Shown: positions 59,646-64,000 of the stretch, one piece after another | Layout of the letters: each line of letters opens with the position of its first letter | Position numbering within the stretch: position 1 is the first letter of the stretch | From: Eledone cirrhosa | Taxonomy: Eukaryota | Assembly: GCA_964016885.1 (NCBI GenBank) | Contig: OZ024743.1 | Location: forward strand, 135,346,001-135,410,000 | DNA: 64,000 nt | Reading direction: 5' to 3' | Notes under the pieces: model-generated | The model's input: the letters and a program-made list of their open reading frames with translations, nothing else | Told to the model about the DNA's origin: nothing | Database searches by the model: none | Translations under genes and position numbers: made by a program

Positions 59646-60990
59646 TTTGGTGTTTGGCGCTTGGTGCTTGGTGTTTGGTGCTTGGTGCTTGGTGCTTGGT
59701 GCTTGGTGTTTGGTGCTTGGTGCTTGGTGCTTGGTGTTTGGTGCTTGGTGCTTGGTGATTAGTGTTTGGTGATTGGTGCTTCGTGTTTGGTGTTTGGTGC
59801 TTGGTGTTTGGTGCTTGGTGCTTGCTGTTTGGTGTTTGGTGTTTGGTTCTTGGTGCTTGGTGTTTGGTGTTTGGTGTTTGGTGCTTGGTGCTTGGTGCTT
59901 GGTGTTTGGTGCTTGGTGTTTGGTGCTGCGTGCTTGGTGTTTGGTGTTTGGTGCTTGGTGCCTGGTGCTTGTGGTTTGGTGTTTGGTGCTTAGTGCTTGC
60001 TGTTTGGTGTTTGGTGCTTGGTGCTTGGTGCCTGGTGTTTCGTGCTTGGTGCTTGGTGCTAGGTGTTTGGTGTTTGGTGCTTGGTGTTTGGTGTTTGGTG
60101 TTTGGTGCTTGGTGCTTGGTGCTTGGTGATTGGTGCTTGGTGCTTGGTGCTTGGTGTTTGATGCTGCATGCTTGGTGTTTGGTGTTTGGTGCTTGGTGCT
60201 TGGTTTTTGGTGTTTGGTGCTTGGTGCCTGGTGCTTGTTGTTTGGTGTTTGGTGCTTGGTGCTTGGTGCTTGGTGTTTGGTGCTTGGTGCTTGGTATCTG
60301 GTGTTTGGTGCTTGGTGTTTGGTGTTTGGTGCTTGGTGCTTGGTGCTTGGTGTTTGGTGTTTGGTTCCTGGTGATTGGTGTTTGGTGTTTGGTGTTTGGT
60401 GCTTGGTGCTTGGTGTTTGGTGTTTGGTGCTTGGTGCTTGGTGCTTGGTGTTTGGTGCTTGGTGCCTGGTGCTTGGTGTTTGGTGCTTGGTGCACGGTGT
60501 TAGGTGATTGGTGCTTGGTGTTTGGTGCTTGGTGCTTGGTGCTTGGTGCTTGGTGTTAGGCGTTTGGTGCTTGGTGCTTGGTGTTTGATGTTTGGTCCTT
60601 GGTGCTTGGTGTTTGGTATTTGGTGCTTGGTGCTTGGTGTTTGGTGTTTGGTGCTTGCTGCTTGCTGCTTGGTGTTTGGTGCTTGGTGATTGGTGCTTGG
60701 TGTTTTGTGCTTTTTGCTTGGTGTTTGGTGTTTGGTGCTAGGGTCTTGGTGCTTGGTGCTTGGTGTTTGGTGCTTGGTGCTCGGTGTTTGGTGTTTGGTG
60801 CTTGGTGCGTGGGGCTTGGTGTTTGGTGCTTGGTGTTTGGTGCTTGGTGTTTGGTGCTTGCTGTTTGGTGCTTGGTGCTTGGTGTTTGGTGTTTGGTGTT
60901 TGGTGCTTGGTGCTTGGTGTTTGGTGCTTGGTGCTTGGTGCTTGGTGCTTGGTGCTTGGTGCTTGGTCTTTGGTGCTTGGTACTTGGTGA
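59646..60990 (+). repeat. About 1.3-kb block repeated at about 62502-63840 (offset 2856)
   Basis: ORFs 59762/62618, 60130/62986, 60504/63360 and 60690/63546. The rare CACGGTG monomer is shared. Confidence 0.88.
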
Positions 60991-63900
60991 TTAGTGTTTG
61001 GTGATTGGTGCTTGGGGTTTGGTGTTTGGTACTTGGTGTTTGGTGCTTGGTGCTTGGTATCTGGTGTTTGGTGCTTGGTGTTTGGTGTTTGGTGCTTGGT
61101 GCTTGGTGCTTGGTGTTTGGTGTTTGGTGCTTCGTGCTTGGTGTTTGGTGCTTGGTGTTTGGTGTTTGGTGTTTGATGCTTGGTGTTTGCTGCTTGGTGC
61201 TTGGTGCTTGGTGTTTGGTGCTTGGTGCTTGGTGCTTGGTGTTTGGCGTTTGCTGTTTGCTGTTTGGTGTTTGGTGTTTGCTGTTTGGTGTTTGGTGCTT
61301 GGTGTTTGGTGCTTGGTGCTTGCTGTTTGGTGTTTGGTGTTTGGTTCTTGGTGCTTGGTGTTTGGTGTTTGGTGCTTGGTGCTTGGTGCTTGGTGTTTGG
61401 TGGTTGGTGATTGGTGCTAGGTGTTTGGTGCTGCGTGCTTGGTGTTTGGCGTTTGGTGCTTGGTGCCTGGTGCTTGTTGTTTGGTGTTTGGTGCATAGTG
61501 CTTGGTGTTTGGTGTTTGGTGCTTGGTGCATGGTGGCTGGTGTTTTGTGCTTGGTGTTTGGTGTTTTGTGCTTGGAGCTTGGTGCCTGGTGTTTCGTGCT
61601 TTGTGCTTGGTGCTTGGTGTTTGGTGTTTGGTGCTTGGTGTTTGGTGTTTGGTACTTGGTGCTTGGTGCTTGGAGCTTGGTGTTTGGTGCTTGGTGCTTG
61701 GTGCTTGGTGTTTGATGCTGCGTGCTTGGTGTTTGGTGTTTGGTGCTTCGTGCTTGGTGTTTGGTGTTTGGTGCTTGGTGCCTGGTGCTTGTTGTTTGGT
61801 GTTTGGTGCTTGGTGTTTGGTGTTTGGTGTTTGGTGCTTGGTGCGTGGGACTTAGTGTTTGGTGCTTTGTGCTTGGTGTTTGGGGCTTGGTGTTTGGGGC
61901 TTGGTGTTCGGTGCTTGGTGCTTGGTGCTTGGTGCTTGGTGTTTGGTGTTTGGTGCTTGGTGCTTGGTCCTTGGTGTTTGATGTTGGGTCCTTGGTGCTT
62001 GGTGTTTGGTGTTTGGTGCTTGGTGTTTGGTGTTTGGTGCTTGCTGCTTGCTGCTTGTTGTTTCGTTCTTTGTGATTGGTGCTTGGTGTTTGGTGTTTGG
62101 TGCTTGGTGCTTGGTGCTTGGTGTTTGATGTTGGGTCCTTGGTGCTTGGTGTTCGGTGCTTGGTGCTTGGTGTTTGGTGCTTGGTGCTTGGTGTTTGGTG
62201 CTTGGTGCTTGGTGCTTGTTGTTTGGTGCTTGGTGCTTGGTGCTTGGTCTTTGGTGCTTGGTGTTTGGTGTTTGGTGCTTGGTGCTTGGTGCGTGGTGTT
62301 TGGTGCTTGGTGCTTGGTGTTTGGTGCTTGGTGCTTGGTGATTAGTGTTTGTTGCTTGGTGCTTGGGGTTTGGTGGTTGGTGCTTGGTGCTTGGTGTTTG
62401 GTGTTTGGTGTTTGGTGTTTGGTGTTTGCTGTTTGGTGTCTGCTTTTTGGCGTATGGTGTTTGCTGTATGGTGTTTGCTGTTTCGTATTTGGTTTTTGCT
62501 GTTTGGTGTTTGGCGCTTGGTGCTTGGTGTTTGGTGCTTGGTGCTTGGTGCTTGGTGCTTGGTGTTTGGTGCTTGGTGCTTGGTGCTTGGTGTTTGGTGC
62601 TTGGTGCTTGGTGATTAGTGTTTGGTGATTGGTCCTTCGTGTTTGGTGTTTGGTGCTTGGTGTTTGGTGCTTGGTGCTTGCTGTTTGGTGTTTGGTGTTT
62701 GGTTCTTGGTGCTTGGTGTTTGGTGTTTGGTGTTTGGTGCTTGGTGCTTGGTGCTTGGTGTTTGGTGCTTGGTGTTTGGTGCTGCGTGCTTGGTGTTTGG
62801 TGTTTGGTGCTTGGTGCCTGGTGCTTGTGGTTTGGTGTTTGGTGCTTAGTGCTTGCTGTTTGGTGTTTGGTGCTTGGTGCTTGGTGCCTGGTGTTTCGTG
62901 CTTGGTGCTTGGTGCTAGGTGTTTGGTGTTTGGTGCTTGGTGTTTGGTGTTTGGTGTTTGGTGCTTGGTGCTTGGTGCTTGGTGATTGGTGCTTGGTGCT
63001 TGGTGCTTGGTGTTTGATGCTGCATGCTTGGTGTTTGGTGTTTGGAGCTTGGTGCTTCGTTTTTGGTGTTTGGTGCTTGGTGCCTGGTGCTTGTTGTTTG
63101 GTGTTTGGTGCTTGGTGCTTGGTGCTTGGTGTTTGGTGCTTGGTGCTTGGTATCTGGTGTTTGGTGCTTGGTGTTTGGTGTTTGGTGCTTGGTGCTTGGT
63201 GCTTGGTGTTTGGTGTTTGGTTCCTGGTGATTGGTGTTTGGTGTTTGGTGTTTGGTGCTTGGTGCTTGGTGTTTGGTGTTTGGTGCTTGGTGCTTGGTGC
63301 TTGGTGTTTGGTGCTTGGTGCCTGGTGCTTGGTGTTTGGTGCTTGGTGCACGGTGTTAGGTGATTGGTGCTTGGTGTTTGGTGCTTGGTGCTTGGTGCTT
63401 GGTGCTTGGTGTTAGGCGTTTGGTGCTTGGTGCTTGGTGTTTGATGTTTGGTCCTTGGTGCTTGGTGTTTGGTATTTGGTGCTTGGTGCTTGGTGTTTGG
63501 TGTTTGGTGCTTGCTGCTTGCTGCTTGGTGTTTGGTGCTTGGTGATTGGTGCTTGGTGTTTTGTGCTTTTTGCTTGGTGTTTGGTGTTTGGTGCTAGGGT
63601 CTTGGTGCTTGGTGCTTGGTGTTTGGTGCTTGGTGCTCGGTGTTTGGTGTTTGGTGCTTGGTGCGTGGGGCTTGGTGTTTGGTGCTTGGTGTTTGGTGCT
63701 TGGTGTTTGGTGCTTGCTGTTTGGTGCTTGGTGCTTGGTGTTTGGTGTTTGGTGTTTGGTGCTTGGTGCTTGGTGTTTGGTGCTTGGTGCTTGGTGCTTG
63801 GTGCTTGGTGCTTGGTCTTTGGTGCTTGGTACTTGGTGCTTGGTGCCTGTGTTTCGTGCTTGGTGCTTGGTGCTTGGTGTTTGGTGTTTGGTGCTTGGTG

Positions 63901-64000
63901 GTTGGTGTTTGGTACTTGGTGCTTGGTGCTTGGTGCTTGGTGTTTGATGCTGCGTGCCTGGTGTTTGGTGCTTGGTGCTTGGTGTTTGGTGTTTCGTGCT

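Larger units (their letters stand above)
1..64000 (+). repeat. Heptameric tandem satellite (C/T)TTGGTG, about 9,100 monomers, running off both window ends
   Basis: Sequence parses continuously into 7-mers CTTGGTG/TTTGGTG with point variants (TTTGCTG, CCTGGTG, ATTGGTG, TTTGATG, TTTTGTG, CTTAGTG and others). The + strand is G/T-rich and almost free of A. I saw no inversion or non-repeat insert. Confidence 0.99.

Noticed and set aside
3-63947. Hundreds of + strand ORFs (up to 418 aa) encoding WCLV[LF]G[AV] repeats
   Set aside because: They are automatic products of a stop-free 7-bp repeat. All three frames give the same peptide, starts are mostly alternative TTG/GTG-type codons rendered as M, and there is no unique domain.
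1-64000. CRISPR array or other repeat-spacer system
   Set aside because: There are no unique spacers, no 23-50-bp constant repeat separated by foreign sequence, and no cas genes.
1-64000. Bacterial heptamer repeats (cyanobacterial STRR-like or contingency-locus tracts)
   Set aside because: Those are typically short tracts among genes. A gene-free array of at least 64 kb with multi-kb higher-order structure does not fit, although the host is unknown.
1-64000. C/T string as an encoded message or synthetic data storage
   Set aside because: Shared point mutations, indels and nested duplications look like natural satellite evolution, and no framing or index structure is visible.
1-64000. Whole window as a sequencing or basecalling artefact
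   Set aside because: Rare variants recur in consistent order and context across many copies, which random error would not produce. The copy number of the near-identical multi-kb duplications still needs read validation.

Overview
The whole 64-kb window is one uninterrupted, single-orientation heptamer satellite, (YTTGGTG)n on the + strand and (CACCAAR)n on the - strand, about 9,100 monomers. Two major monomers, CTTGGTG and TTTGGTG, are finely interspersed, and a limited set of recurrent point variants marks sub-kb modules. No credible gene, RNA gene, transposon or CRISPR array is present. All ORFs are 7-aa periodic translations of the repeat (WCLV[LF]G[AV] and TKHQ[AT]P[SN]). The real structure is higher-order: modules are shuffled and re-amplified as nested duplications with periods of about 35, 91, 174, 531-538, 1356, 2973, 3545, 3776 and 6368 bp, plus dispersed copies at offsets such as 14509, 10738, 7059 and 12217 bp. 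Notable observations are a near-binary C/T wobble position, a recurrent 22-monomer T-only island rich in TTTGCTG, repeated CpG versus CpA/TpG pairs between homologous monomers, one in-phase TTTAGGG monomer, and region-specific variant families. The host cannot be identified from this sequence; eukaryotic heterochromatic or (sub)telomeric satellite DNA is the most likely context (inference). Boundaries were read by eye and from ORF-track offsets, so they are approximate.
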